Source of the DNA: a virus | Strand: one strand, 5' to 3' | Virus record (IMG/VR): IMGVR_UViG_3300045988_178189 | Length of the DNA stretch: 18,770 nt | In this document: positions 1 to 7,293 of the stretch, piece by piece | How the letters are laid out: the number at the start of each line of letters is the position of its first letter | Numbering within the stretch: the first letter of the stretch is position 1 | The notes under the pieces: model-generated | Told to the model about the DNA's origin: nothing | The model's database searches: none | The model's input: the letters and a program-made list of their open reading frames with translations, nothing else | Made by a program: the position numbers and the translations under genes

Positions 1-99
1 CATGCACATACCAAATAGCCACAACTCAACACTAACCAATGGCACTACAATGCAAACAAATGTTTTGGTATTGCAATGGTATAGTATTTGTGGTATACT
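1..99. repeat. Left inverted terminal repeat (99 bp), perfect reverse complement of 18672-18770
   Basis: Reverse-complementing the last 99 nt of the window reproduces nt 1-99 exactly. The match breaks at nt 100 (a, against t in the mirror). Confidence 0.95.
71..99 (+). promoter_or_regulatory. Sigma-A-type promoter embedded in the left ITR (TTGCAA - 17 nt - TGgTATACT), directing rightward transcription
   Basis: -35 ttgcaa at 71-76, a 17-nt spacer, and an extended -10 tgg tatact at 91-99. A strong RBS (aaggaggg, 113-121) and an ATG at 131 follow. Confidence 0.55.
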
Positions 100-130
100 A
101 ATACCATCAATTGAAAAGGAGGGTTATATT

Positions 131-280
131 ATGGAAAAAACAATTGATAAATATCTTAATAATTTAGATGTTGAAGTAGCATATTTAAAATATGTAGCTG
201 AACAACTAAAATTATTAAATGAAGAATTAAAAGAAACAGAAAGAGGTGTAAAAGATGAATCAAGTGCTACTAGTAGGTAG
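131..280 (+). CDS. Small hypothetical protein (49 aa, predicted coiled-coil). This is the listed ORF 2..280 re-started at an internal ATG.
   Basis: An ATG at 131 sits 7 nt after a strong RBS (aaaggaggg). The listed start at nt 2 lies inside the ITR with no RBS and is implausible. Confidence 0.45.
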   Translation: MEKTIDKYLNNLDVEVAYLKYVAEQLKLLNEELKETERGVKDESSATSR

Positions 281-554
281 AATTACTAATAATATTAAAA
301 TACAAGAAACAGAAGAAAATACAAAATATATTGTAGTAAGATTATCAGTTCCAAGGTCTTTTAAAAATTCTGAGGGTGTATATGATAATGATTATGTAAA
401 TGTAAAATTTACAGGTCAAATTGCTGAACAATGTTCGTCTTATATTGAAAAAGGTGATATGATAGGTGTTAAAGGAAGATTATCAGCAATTAAAGATGAT
501 AAGATAGAAGTATTTGCTGAAAAGGTAACTTTTTTATCAAATAAAAGAAAATGA
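255..554 (+). CDS. ssb: Bacterial-type single-stranded DNA-binding protein (OB-fold SSB, 99 aa, no acidic C-terminal tail)
   Basis: The N-terminus MNQVLLVGRITNN... follows the canonical bacterial SSB pattern (MNxVxLxGRLTxDPEL..., ...GxLxxVxGRL...). RBS gaaagaggtg precedes the ATG. Confidence 0.7.
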   Translation: MNQVLLVGRITNNIKIQETEENTKYIVVRLSVPRSFKNSEGVYDNDYVNVKFTGQIAEQCSSYIEKGDMIGVKGRLSAIKDDKIEVFAEKVTFLSNKRK

Positions 555-566
555 GGTTGAATAAAA

Positions 567-923
567 ATGAAAAAAATAACAAAAAAGGATTTATATATAA
601 CACTTGAGTATTTTAAAGGTAAAAAACAATACTTATTTGCAACTTTTAAAGGTGATATAGAACATTATATTGATATTTTAGAAAATACTGATTTAACAAC
701 ACGAGAAGAACATATCAGCAATACTTGCAGATATATAAATATTTTTAAAGTATTATCAAATGGGTTTAAAATAAATGATAGTAGCTATTATTTTAATAAT
801 AAAACTATTATCTACCAAATTGATGTTTATAAATATGTTTATATTATCTTATATCAACCAAATATAAATAGTATTGTAATATTTGAACATGATAAAAGTG
901 AGGTACTAAATAATGATAAATAG
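567..923 (+). CDS. Hypothetical protein (118 aa)
   Basis: ORF with RBS (gaggttga) and AT-rich codon usage consistent with its neighbours. Confidence 0.5.
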   Translation: MKKITKKDLYITLEYFKGKKQYLFATFKGDIEHYIDILENTDLTTREEHISNTCRYINIFKVLSNGFKINDSSYYFNNKTIIYQIDVYKYVYIILYQPNINSIVIFEHDKSEVLNNDK

Positions 924-1179
924 AAAAAAATTAGCTAGATTTTTATATAATCAATATTGTGATAGTGATACATTATTTATAAAATCTTGTACATTGTACG
1001 CAGTAACAAAAAATAATAAGAAAATAGATAATAGCTTAAATGAATATGCATATGCACTTATGAAATATGAAATTTACCAAACTAATGAAAATTACGATGA
1101 GGTTATGGATAAATTAGTAGATTTACTAAAGGTAATGAAAATATATAAGATTTGGATAAAATTAGCAAATGAACTATAA
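913..1179 (+). CDS. Hypothetical protein (88 aa)
   Basis: ORF with RBS (gtgaggt) that overlaps the end of the upstream gene, suggesting translational coupling. Confidence 0.45.
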   Translation: MINRKKLARFLYNQYCDSDTLFIKSCTLYAVTKNNKKIDNSLNEYAYALMKYEIYQTNENYDEVMDKLVDLLKVMKIYKIWIKLANEL

Positions 1180-1444
1180 CGACAGGATAAACGAGTTAGA
1201 TAGTAACATTAATATGTTACTAGACCAAATTTATAATGAAGATTATCCATACACAGAATCAGAGATAAGAGCAATTATGCACCAAGTGGATAGATTAGCA
1301 ATTAGGCGTGATTTATTGCGAGAGAGGGTAAATGTACTAGAACAAAGTAAAAACGCCTCAGAGGTGCCTAAAAAAAGATATAAATGGTATATCTTATATG
1401 TTGTATATTTAATAGCTTTACTACTTAGATTGCTATCTAAGTAG
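1169..1444 (+). CDS. Hypothetical protein (91 aa) with a C-terminal hydrophobic/transmembrane segment (WYILYVVYLIALLLRLL)
   Basis: ORF overlapping the upstream gene. The RBS is weak. The C-terminal hydrophobic stretch suggests a tail-anchored membrane protein. Confidence 0.4.
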   Translation: MNYNDRINELDSNINMLLDQIYNEDYPYTESEIRAIMHQVDRLAIRRDLLRERVNVLEQSKNASEVPKKRYKWYILYVVYLIALLLRLLSK

Positions 1445-1460
1445 TTTTTTCTTATGTAAC

Positions 1461-1487
1461 AGTACAAACAAATGTACTAATTTTATA
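1461..1487 (+). terminator. Weak hairpin plus T-tract after the left-arm operon (agtaca-aacaaa-tgtact followed by aattttatat)
   Basis: 6-bp stem, 6-nt loop and a U-rich tail 17 nt downstream of the stop at 1444. The stem is short and AT-rich. Confidence 0.3.
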
Positions 1488-1636
1488 TACCTATACAGAC
1501 AATTGTATGATAGATTTAGCAACATTTTTACTCAATGAAAAATACGAACAATTGTGTATAGATAGTAATAAGTAAATGGTAACAGATGTTACCACAGAAT
1601 TTCTATATACAAAAGGCACTTTTTATAGAAAAAGCA

Positions 1637-1667
1637 AAAGACACAAAATTTTTAATTTCGTGTCTTT
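1637..1667. terminator. Candidate bidirectional hairpin (aaagacac-15 nt-gtgtcttt) in the convergent intergenic region
   Basis: 8-bp perfect stem. On the - strand it is followed by tgctttttct, and on the + strand by agaataatttt. It lies between the convergent + operon (ends 1444) and the polymerase gene (ends 1810). Confidence 0.3.
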
Positions 1668-1809
1668 AGAATAATTTTAATTGACGATGTTCTAATTTGC
1701 AATATTCAAGTGATTTTCCCCACTAAAATGTAAAGGCATGGTCTCCCATGGATAAATCCTTTAAGCAAATAAATAATGCTAAATTAGGTCCTCAATTACT
1801 TATATTATA

Positions 1810-3531
1810 TCACTTAGGGCTTGTAATTGTAAAGGGTGTATTAACTAAAACAACACCACCTTTAACATTTTTAGGTTTTAGTTTTAAGTCGCTTGTAAAT
1901 CCATATCTAAAATTTTCCCATGTAACAGTCTCTTTTACCGCTGGATTCATACCAGCACATTTAACATCAAATTTCCAAGTATCAGATTTTTCATCATAAA
2001 TCTCCTCAATATAAGTTTTAGCTCGTAAGAATCTAGCACGTCTAGGGTTACTTTCTAATTTAAAATATCCAAGTTTTAGATCATCAATAGGTATATTAGG
2101 TTTTTCGCCACATTTACAAACATGAAGAGAGTCTGTATCTGCATACGCAAAAACATCTATACATGCAACAGCTGATCGGATAGTTAAATCTCTTGCCCAA
2201 GCAGTAATAAAGCATGCTAGGGCAGTATAAACAGGTTCTCTAGGCTTATCCTCTACTGTTTCATATCCAATACTCTCATCTTCTTTTAGAAAAGGTATTT
2301 TGCTACTTGTTTTAGTAGCACTTGCCATTTTACCATAGATATTATTAAGCATAAGTTTAGCAATTGTACGCATAACTTTATTACCAGTTTTAGTAGCTTC
2401 CATTTTAACATTGTTCCAATAATCAATATATGAATTAAACATATCGAATGATGCATTAAACTTATATCCATCAATGTATTCAATAGTAAAAATATCGTAC
2501 ATATCGCAAAATAATTTAAAATCTACACTTGTTAAGTATATTTCGAGTGGTTCTAGTCCATCTGTATATTCTGTTATATATTCTGTTGCAGAAAATATTC
2601 TGTTATGCTTATCTTGAATACAAGGAAGCTTATTTTTCTTTAACTTAAATGTTACTAGAATATGACAAATATAAAGTGGATATTCTGGATCATCTACATA
2701 TTTACCTTGATAATATTTTGGAATACCTCTAGGTAGTAGACAATACCTCATACGTGATGGATATAACGAGTTTACATCATATACTTCCATTTCTCCAAGG
2801 TCCACATTTTGGAATCTCGGATTAACATAGCACCATCCACCTCGGTAAGATTTTCTAATAAAATCATCTATATTTTGTTCAAGTACGGGAAACATTTCCC
2901 TAAATGGTATCATAGACATAACACTAGCTAGTGCGTCTGCCCCAATAGTCATTTTATCAAGACCTTGGGCAAATTGTTGATTAAGTGCCATAGCAACAAT
3001 TTTTGTATCGTGCATAACATATTCTTTTTCTATTTCTGTAAGTTGATATCCAATTGGTCTATCCTTATTATAATCAATTTCTAACTTATTTATAGGTAGT
3101 CCAAAGTCCTTAGGTATTTTTTCAACTGGGGTAGGTATTTTCTTATAGCTATCTAGAAATTTTATCCTAACACCTTTTTTTATCTTTACTTCAATAGCAT
3201 AAAAGACCCCTAAGCCACTAATAAGGGTTGTAAAAGATTTCTCGGGCATACGTTTTCCACCCTCATGATATATGTACCCATGTGTTAAAATGTAATAAAG
3301 GATAAATTGTGAATCGAAACGCAAATTATGAAAATATACAGTACAACTACCAAGATGTTCAAGTTCTATAAAAAAATCTTCAATGGTAAGTCCTACAATA
3401 GTATTATCTTCATTTCCTATCTCAGAGATAGAAAAACACCAAACTCGACAATCGTCAAGTTTAGTGGTAGTTTCAAAGTCAGCAACGTACGATCTAGAGC
3501 AAATCTTTAATGTCTGTTTTTTCTCTTGCAT
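1810..3531 (-). CDS. Protein-primed family-B DNA polymerase (phi29 gp2-like), 573 aa from the RBS-supported ATG
   Basis: Exo I motif DFETTT with adjacent DCRVW. Exo II YFHNLRFD. NSLYP motif. Kx3NSxYG motif KLMLNNIYGK. YxDTDS motif YADTDSLH. KCAGM motif. Size matches phi29 pol (about 575 aa). The internal Met17 is preceded by aaggaga plus 6 nt, so the start was moved from 3579 to 3531. Confidence 0.95.
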   Translation of the reverse strand: MQEKKQTLKICSRSYVADFETTTKLDDCRVWCFSISEIGNEDNTIVGLTIEDFFIELEHLGSCTVYFHNLRFDSQFILYYILTHGYIYHEGGKRMPEKSFTTLISGLGVFYAIEVKIKKGVRIKFLDSYKKIPTPVEKIPKDFGLPINKLEIDYNKDRPIGYQLTEIEKEYVMHDTKIVAMALNQQFAQGLDKMTIGADALASVMSMIPFREMFPVLEQNIDDFIRKSYRGGWCYVNPRFQNVDLGEMEVYDVNSLYPSRMRYCLLPRGIPKYYQGKYVDDPEYPLYICHILVTFKLKKNKLPCIQDKHNRIFSATEYITEYTDGLEPLEIYLTSVDFKLFCDMYDIFTIEYIDGYKFNASFDMFNSYIDYWNNVKMEATKTGNKVMRTIAKLMLNNIYGKMASATKTSSKIPFLKEDESIGYETVEDKPREPVYTALACFITAWARDLTIRSAVACIDVFAYADTDSLHVCKCGEKPNIPIDDLKLGYFKLESNPRRARFLRAKTYIEEIYDEKSDTWKFDVKCAGMNPAVKETVTWENFRYGFTSDLKLKPKNVKGGVVLVNTPFTITSPK

Positions 3532-4573
3532 ATTTTCTCCTTGTTTTTTTATAATGTATTCTATCTTGATATTCAGCATTGTTCCTTAGCATTTCCATAG
3601 TAATAGCACCAATTAAATAAGGTATTTCCTCATCTTTATTAAGGTCAATATAATGATTACTGTCTATATCAACTCTAATACCACCAAGGCTACCTTTTTT
3701 ATATTCTTCTGGTATTGCAAATACATTTAATCCCTCTAGGTATTCTTTTGCAGATTCTGCTTGTTCCATTGTAACCTTATCTGGGTTAACTTGTTCAACA
3801 AAATTAACTAAATGAGTGGTCATATAACTAAGGACGTTCATCATTTCTACTTCATCATAGATATAGGTAAAATCAGAAAATTCTTCTGATTCAAAGTAAG
3901 CCATAAATTCATCAACAGAAAGACTTTGTATTAAATTACATAGTGGTTCTGCTAAGTTACCAAACATATTTCTTAGGGCTTGAGTATAATTTGATTGCAT
4001 TTGTTTTTGTTTCTTTTTAAGAGACTTAGCACTCTGATATTTTTTAATGGCATAGCTAAATTTTTTCCAAGTACCAGCACTTGTTATGTATTCAGTATTT
4101 AAGTGTATAGGTTTATAAGATGAATAATCATAAACAAGCCTACCTTGAGGTACATGAGCAGAGTGTATTATAGTAGCAAGTCTTGTTTGTTGTTTTTTAC
4201 CTTTAACGGACACTTTAACTTGCTTAAAAATTTGAGCTTGCCTTCTGTTATAAGCATTTCTTTTAGCAATAATTCTTTTTATTTGTAAGTATTCGTCTTT
4301 TGGAATAGCAAAAGGCACTTCCAAACCTTTTTCACTAAAATATCTAGAAACAATTCCACCCTTGACATAAGCATGAGTGCCTCTAAGTAGAAATACTTTT
4401 AAATTTCGCTTGTAGGTATTTAATTCAGCCCTTGAGGTAAATTCGCTCGGTTTTTTAATTTTAAATTTGGCATTAACATTAAATGTTTCTTTTAATCTAG
4501 TCTTTTTAGATCTCGCACTAGCATTATGACTATAAAGCCACTTTTTTTCTTTACTTGATATTCTTAAAGCCAT
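3494..4573 (-). CDS. Putative terminal protein (primer protein for replication), 359 aa, basic N-terminus
   Basis: It sits immediately upstream of the polymerase and overlaps it by 38 bp, as gene 3-gene 2 do in phi29. The N-terminal half is Lys/Arg-rich. An acidic segment ...FESEEFSDFTYIYDEVEMMNVLSY... resembles the region around the priming Ser of phi29 TP as I recall it. No database check was possible. Confidence 0.5.
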   Translation of the reverse strand: MALRISSKEKKWLYSHNASARSKKTRLKETFNVNAKFKIKKPSEFTSRAELNTYKRNLKVFLLRGTHAYVKGGIVSRYFSEKGLEVPFAIPKDEYLQIKRIIAKRNAYNRRQAQIFKQVKVSVKGKKQQTRLATIIHSAHVPQGRLVYDYSSYKPIHLNTEYITSAGTWKKFSYAIKKYQSAKSLKKKQKQMQSNYTQALRNMFGNLAEPLCNLIQSLSVDEFMAYFESEEFSDFTYIYDEVEMMNVLSYMTTHLVNFVEQVNPDKVTMEQAESAKEYLEGLNVFAIPEEYKKGSLGGIRVDIDSNHYIDLNKDEEIPYLIGAITMEMLRNNAEYQDRIHYKKTRRKYAREKTDIKDLL

Positions 4574-4590
4574 AATGTAACCCTTTCTTT

Positions 4591-4623
4591 AAAATAAAAT
4601 AAGGGAGATTTTAAATCCCCCTT
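4591..4623 (-). terminator. Intra-operon intrinsic terminator or attenuator between the p5-like SSB gene and the TP gene
   Basis: On the - strand: caagggggatttaaaatctccctt followed by attttatttt. The stem pairs 7 of 8 bp through a GC-rich core. Confidence 0.45.
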
Positions 4624-4638
4624 GCACAAATATTTTAA

Positions 4639-5049
4639 CTAAATGGTTTTAATTACGAATGTTTTACCACCATTTTTGATTCCAACTTCTTCAACTTTAA
4701 TTTTAACTGGGTTAGTCCATGTACTAGGTTCTCCCATAATTGCTAGAAATTGTCCAAGACTTCTATAAAGTCCTTTAGATCCAGAAGCATAAGTTTTACC
4801 ATCTTTATCAATTAAGATAACACGATATTTATCTTCTAGAGTACCATTTTCATCATCAATAGTTTCAAATTTTTGTACTAATACATCTTTAAGTTCAATT
4901 TCAGTATTTAATTTATCCGAAACACGATAATCGCAGTTACCAAGTAAATTAAATAATTTCTTTTTATCTTCTTCAGTATCAATAGTCATAGAGCAATACA
5001 TTTGTTTTGAGTTATTATCCATTTCTTCTATTAATGTTAAATTATTCAT
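4639..5049 (-). CDS. Putative phage-type SSB (phi29 p5-like), 136 aa
   Basis: It lies upstream of TP and pol, as phi29 gene 5 does. Segments (TIDTEEDKKKLFN..., ...DGKTYASGSKGLYRSLGQFLAI..., VKIKVEEVGIKNGGKTFVI) look alignable with phi29 p5 as recalled from memory. A strong RBS gaggtgg sits 6 nt before the ATG. Needs an HHpred/BLAST check. Confidence 0.45.
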   Translation of the reverse strand: MNNLTLIEEMDNNSKQMYCSMTIDTEEDKKKLFNLLGNCDYRVSDKLNTEIELKDVLVQKFETIDDENGTLEDKYRVILIDKDGKTYASGSKGLYRSLGQFLAIMGEPSTWTNPVKIKVEEVGIKNGGKTFVIKTI

Positions 5050-5107
5050 GTCTTTTCCACCTCACTTTCATTTAAAATTTTTTCTAAGGGATAAATATTA
5101 ATTAATA

Positions 5108-5202
5108 TTACAAGCAGAAATTTTTACCAAAACTCCCTTAAAGATTTTGTCAAGCACTAGAAAGAGGTGTTCTTTATTAATACTTATATTTTCTGCTTGT
5201 AA
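5108..5202. repeat. Long-range inverted repeat IR-A: 13-bp arms (5108-5120 ttacaagcagaaa / 5190-5202 tttctgcttgtaa) enclosing 69 nt
   Basis: The arms are exact reverse complements. The repeat lies in the leader about 50-150 nt upstream of the p5-like gene. Confidence 0.8.
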
Positions 5203-5254
5203 ATTAAATATATCACTTAAGTAAAAATATTAAAGCCACATTTTAACTAAAATA

Positions 5255-5296
5255 ACCTTAAGATTTCTTAAGGTTATTATTAAGATTTCTTAAGGT
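5255..5296. repeat. Two tandem copies of an 18-bp palindrome ccttaag-attt-cttaagg (second copy attaag...cttaagg), centres 24 bp apart
   Basis: First copy at 5257-5274, second at 5281-5296. As RNA on the - strand the second hairpin is followed by auuuuaguu. As DNA they are candidate dimer-binding operators. Confidence 0.8.
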
Positions 5297-5409
5297 ATTA
5301 GGGCGATAAAGAAAGTGAGGTTAAACACCCTATTAATATTATAACAAATGTTCGTATTGTTTACAATGAAAAAAGCCCTTATAGAGCATTTTTTCATAAA
5401 TCAAAATAA

Positions 5410-5486
5410 GCAACTGAGATAGGTTATGATTTTGCAGGTTTCGGAGAAATATAAGAAGAAAAAAGTCTTATATTTATCTCAGTTGC
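5410..5486. repeat. Long-range inverted repeat IR-B: 12-bp arms (5410-5421 gcaactgagata / 5475-5486 tatctcagttgc) enclosing 53 nt, with a nested 9-bp stem (aatataaga / tcttatatt)
   Basis: The arms are exact reverse complements. The predicted +1 of promoter P2 falls at or next to the 5475-5486 arm, so the element would sit at the 5' end of that transcript. Confidence 0.8.
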
Positions 5487-5492
5487 AAACAT

Positions 5493-5521
5493 ATAATAGC
5501 ATATTTTAATAAGGTTGTCAA
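5493..5521 (-). promoter_or_regulatory. Promoter P2 for the replication operon: TTGACA - 17 nt - TGcTATTAT on the - strand
   Basis: The reverse complement of 5493-5521 reads ttgaca accttattaaaatatgc tattat, a consensus -35, 17-nt spacer and extended -10. Confidence 0.55.
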
Positions 5522-5566
5522 ATTTTTACTAGTATATAAAAATTAGATAGATTTATCATTATAAAT

Positions 5567-5595
5567 ATTATATCAGAGTATTGTCAATATGTCAA
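5567..5595 (-). promoter_or_regulatory. Promoter P1: perfect consensus TTGACA - 17 nt - TATAAT on the - strand, 74 bp upstream of P2
   Basis: The reverse complement of 5567-5595 reads ttgaca tattgacaatactctga tataat. A second ttgaca copy sits 8 nt downstream as a tgtcaata tandem. Confidence 0.6.
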
Positions 5596-5620
5596 TAAAA
5601 AATTGCACTTTTGTGCAATT
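5591..5620 (-). terminator. Hairpin terminator after the packaging ATPase (palindrome aattgcac-tttt-gtgcaatt with a U-tract overlapping the P1 -35)
   Basis: A perfect 20-bp palindrome at 5601-5620. On the - strand it is followed by ttttattgac. It lies about 50 nt downstream of the ATPase stop. The stem is AT-rich. Confidence 0.4.
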
Positions 5621-5669
5621 TTTATAGTAACCAGCAAGGGGGTGGCTACAAGATAAGTATATCATCTAT

Positions 5670-6659
5670 CTATTTTATATTCAAGTATTTTTGAACATTT
5701 TCCATGTAACCTTTTATTTTAATATCTTCATAATATAAAAAACCATAAGTATAAGCATTTTTAAGCATATCCATAAAGTGAGAATTAGATTTTAATATTA
5801 GATAATTAGGTTGTAAATGATCCACAGTTATACAATACATTGATACATTAGGATTATACTTTCTAGAGGCATAAATTTTACCCTCTTTTACATCAACCCA
5901 TATTCCTATTACTACTTTATCAAATTTTATATTGAATCTATTAATAGCAGTATTACTTTTCTTAGAGATAAAATTATAATTATCTTCTATAAATTCATTA
6001 TCAATTGCGTATCTATCATATCCAGTACCTTTTACAAGTTCTGCAAAATCGGTACATTTTTTAACTTCTCGATATTCTTTTGTATCTGTTACTTCTACTA
6101 TTAATTGATTATTAATTTTATTAAATCTTCCCTTTAATTTTATGTTCCACTCTCTAAAATAAGGATTGTTTTGACTTATTGAGTTAGCCATCATAAATAC
6201 TTTAACTCGTCTTAGTCTGGCGATAGTTTCGTATAGGTCAAAAAGACGGAATACCTCATTATTAAGATAGTGATAATTTGATCCTCTAGGTATTAAAAAT
6301 TCATCAAATGCTATTGCCCATACCCCAGAATAGTTAACAGACTTTTTGGTAATACCTTTTGATAGAGGTATACCAAAACCCATAAGCTTTTTATCACAAT
6401 ATAATTTTTTACCTTTAACAGTTAGTTCATGCTCAGGAAATTCATTATTTTTTATTATATCAGAGAAGAACTCGTCAAAATCATCAAACTCAGTTTCATA
6501 TCTTCTTATCCATACAAATTGTTCCCCAGTTTTTATAAATTTTTTAATAAATAATTTCTTTATACTATAAGTTTTACCATTACCACGTTCTCCAATAATC
6601 ATGCTCCATAGATAGTCAAAGGATAATAGCTTATAGGGTAAATACCAAATATCGTTCAT
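5670..6659 (-). CDS. DNA encapsidation (packaging) ATPase, phi29 gp16-like, 329 aa
   Basis: Walker A GERGNGKT and Walker B-like AIAFDEF. The N-terminal block ...LLSFDYLWSMIIGERGNGKTYSIK...KFIKTGEQFVWIRRYETEF matches the gp16 pattern. It is the last late gene, as in phi29. Confidence 0.9.
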   Translation of the reverse strand: MNDIWYLPYKLLSFDYLWSMIIGERGNGKTYSIKKLFIKKFIKTGEQFVWIRRYETEFDDFDEFFSDIIKNNEFPEHELTVKGKKLYCDKKLMGFGIPLSKGITKKSVNYSGVWAIAFDEFLIPRGSNYHYLNNEVFRLFDLYETIARLRRVKVFMMANSISQNNPYFREWNIKLKGRFNKINNQLIVEVTDTKEYREVKKCTDFAELVKGTGYDRYAIDNEFIEDNYNFISKKSNTAINRFNIKFDKVVIGIWVDVKEGKIYASRKYNPNVSMYCITVDHLQPNYLILKSNSHFMDMLKNAYTYGFLYYEDIKIKGYMENVQKYLNIK

Positions 6660-6660
6660 A

Positions 6661-7293
6661 TTACACGCTCCATTTCAAGACACCACACAATGATAAAGGC
6701 ATTATATCTTTTTTATCTATTGGTGGCTCAGGAGGGATATATGGGGTAAACTCTTTCCAATTATACCCATCACTTTTATAGACATTAGTATCATTAATAC
6801 CTAAGGCATTATAAGAGTGATATTCATTTTTTAAGGTATATCCTTTACCTAAATCTCCATAACCTTGATATTTTCCTTTACCTATAATTAAATGACAATG
6901 ATCCACAGTACCTATTCCGGTTGTCCCAGTATGGCTAAAAACATCTCCTTGATTTCTTGTATCTCCAATTTTATAACTCGAAAAATTATCATCATGTGAG
7001 ACAGAAATAGTTATATAATCAACAGTTCCATCAATAAAATTTACTTTATTTATACTTTCCCAACAAACAGTAGGGGTATTAGTTGATAAAGACCCAACAT
7101 AAACACATTTTATATCACATGGTGCATATAAAGGAGATTTTAATATTTGTCCTGTGGTAGGGGTCCAATTTACTATATCAATTATGTATCTACCATTATG
7201 TCCAGATTCTCCATTAGTAACATATAGATTAGGTAGTGGAAATAATGCATTTTGTAGACCATTTTCTCCAACCATTTTTTGATTCGGTGTCAT
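6661..7293 (-). CDS. Putative M23/LAS-family metallopeptidase (possibly a virion-associated cell-wall hydrolase), 210 aa
   Basis: The segment SHTGTTGIGTVDHCHLI resembles the M23 signature G-TG-STGPHLHF (HxH zinc/catalytic motif). It is adjacent to the endolysin. Confidence 0.4.
   Translation of the reverse strand: MTPNQKMVGENGLQNALFPLPNLYVTNGESGHNGRYIIDIVNWTPTTGQILKSPLYAPCDIKCVYVGSLSTNTPTVCWESINKVNFIDGTVDYITISVSHDDNFSSYKIGDTRNQGDVFSHTGTTGIGTVDHCHLIIGKGKYQGYGDLGKGYTLKNEYHSYNALGINDTNVYKSDGYNWKEFTPYIPPEPPIDKKDIMPLSLCGVLKWSV

Noticed and set aside
2-280. The ORF-track ORFs 2..280 (+) and 18209..18769 (-) share an identical 33-aa N-terminus (MHIPNSHNSTLTNGTTMQTNVLVLQWYSICGIL).
   Set aside because: This is an artefact of the 99-bp ITR. 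Both would start at nt 2 of a linear genome inside the repeat with no RBS. Both were trimmed to the internal ATGs with strong RBSs (131 and 18646).
1543-1557. A 12-mer acgaacaattgt with a flanking A-tract is shared between 1546-1557 (+) and the reverse complement of 15995-16006 (just upstream of the late promoter -35).
   Set aside because: A single 12-mer match is expected by chance many times in a roughly 19-kb AT-rich genome. No convincing promoter follows the 1546 copy, so it was not promoted to a finding.
1810-3579. Checked the polymerase for an intron, intein or frameshift interruption.
   Set aside because: All conserved exo and polymerase motifs are present in order in a single uninterrupted frame of phi29-pol size.
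4598-4625. The hairpin gggggauuuaaaaucuccc is superficially reminiscent of the GGGGAUUAAACCC hairpin of phi29 pRNA.
   Set aside because: The 65-bp gap it sits in is too short for a pRNA. A simple GC-cored hairpin plus U-tract is better explained as an intra-operon terminator.
5633-5651. An isolated G-rich island (agcaagggggtggctacaag) right after the ATPase stop.
   Set aside because: It contains no self-complementarity or repeat partner and is most likely neutral sequence. It is noted only because it is compositionally odd.
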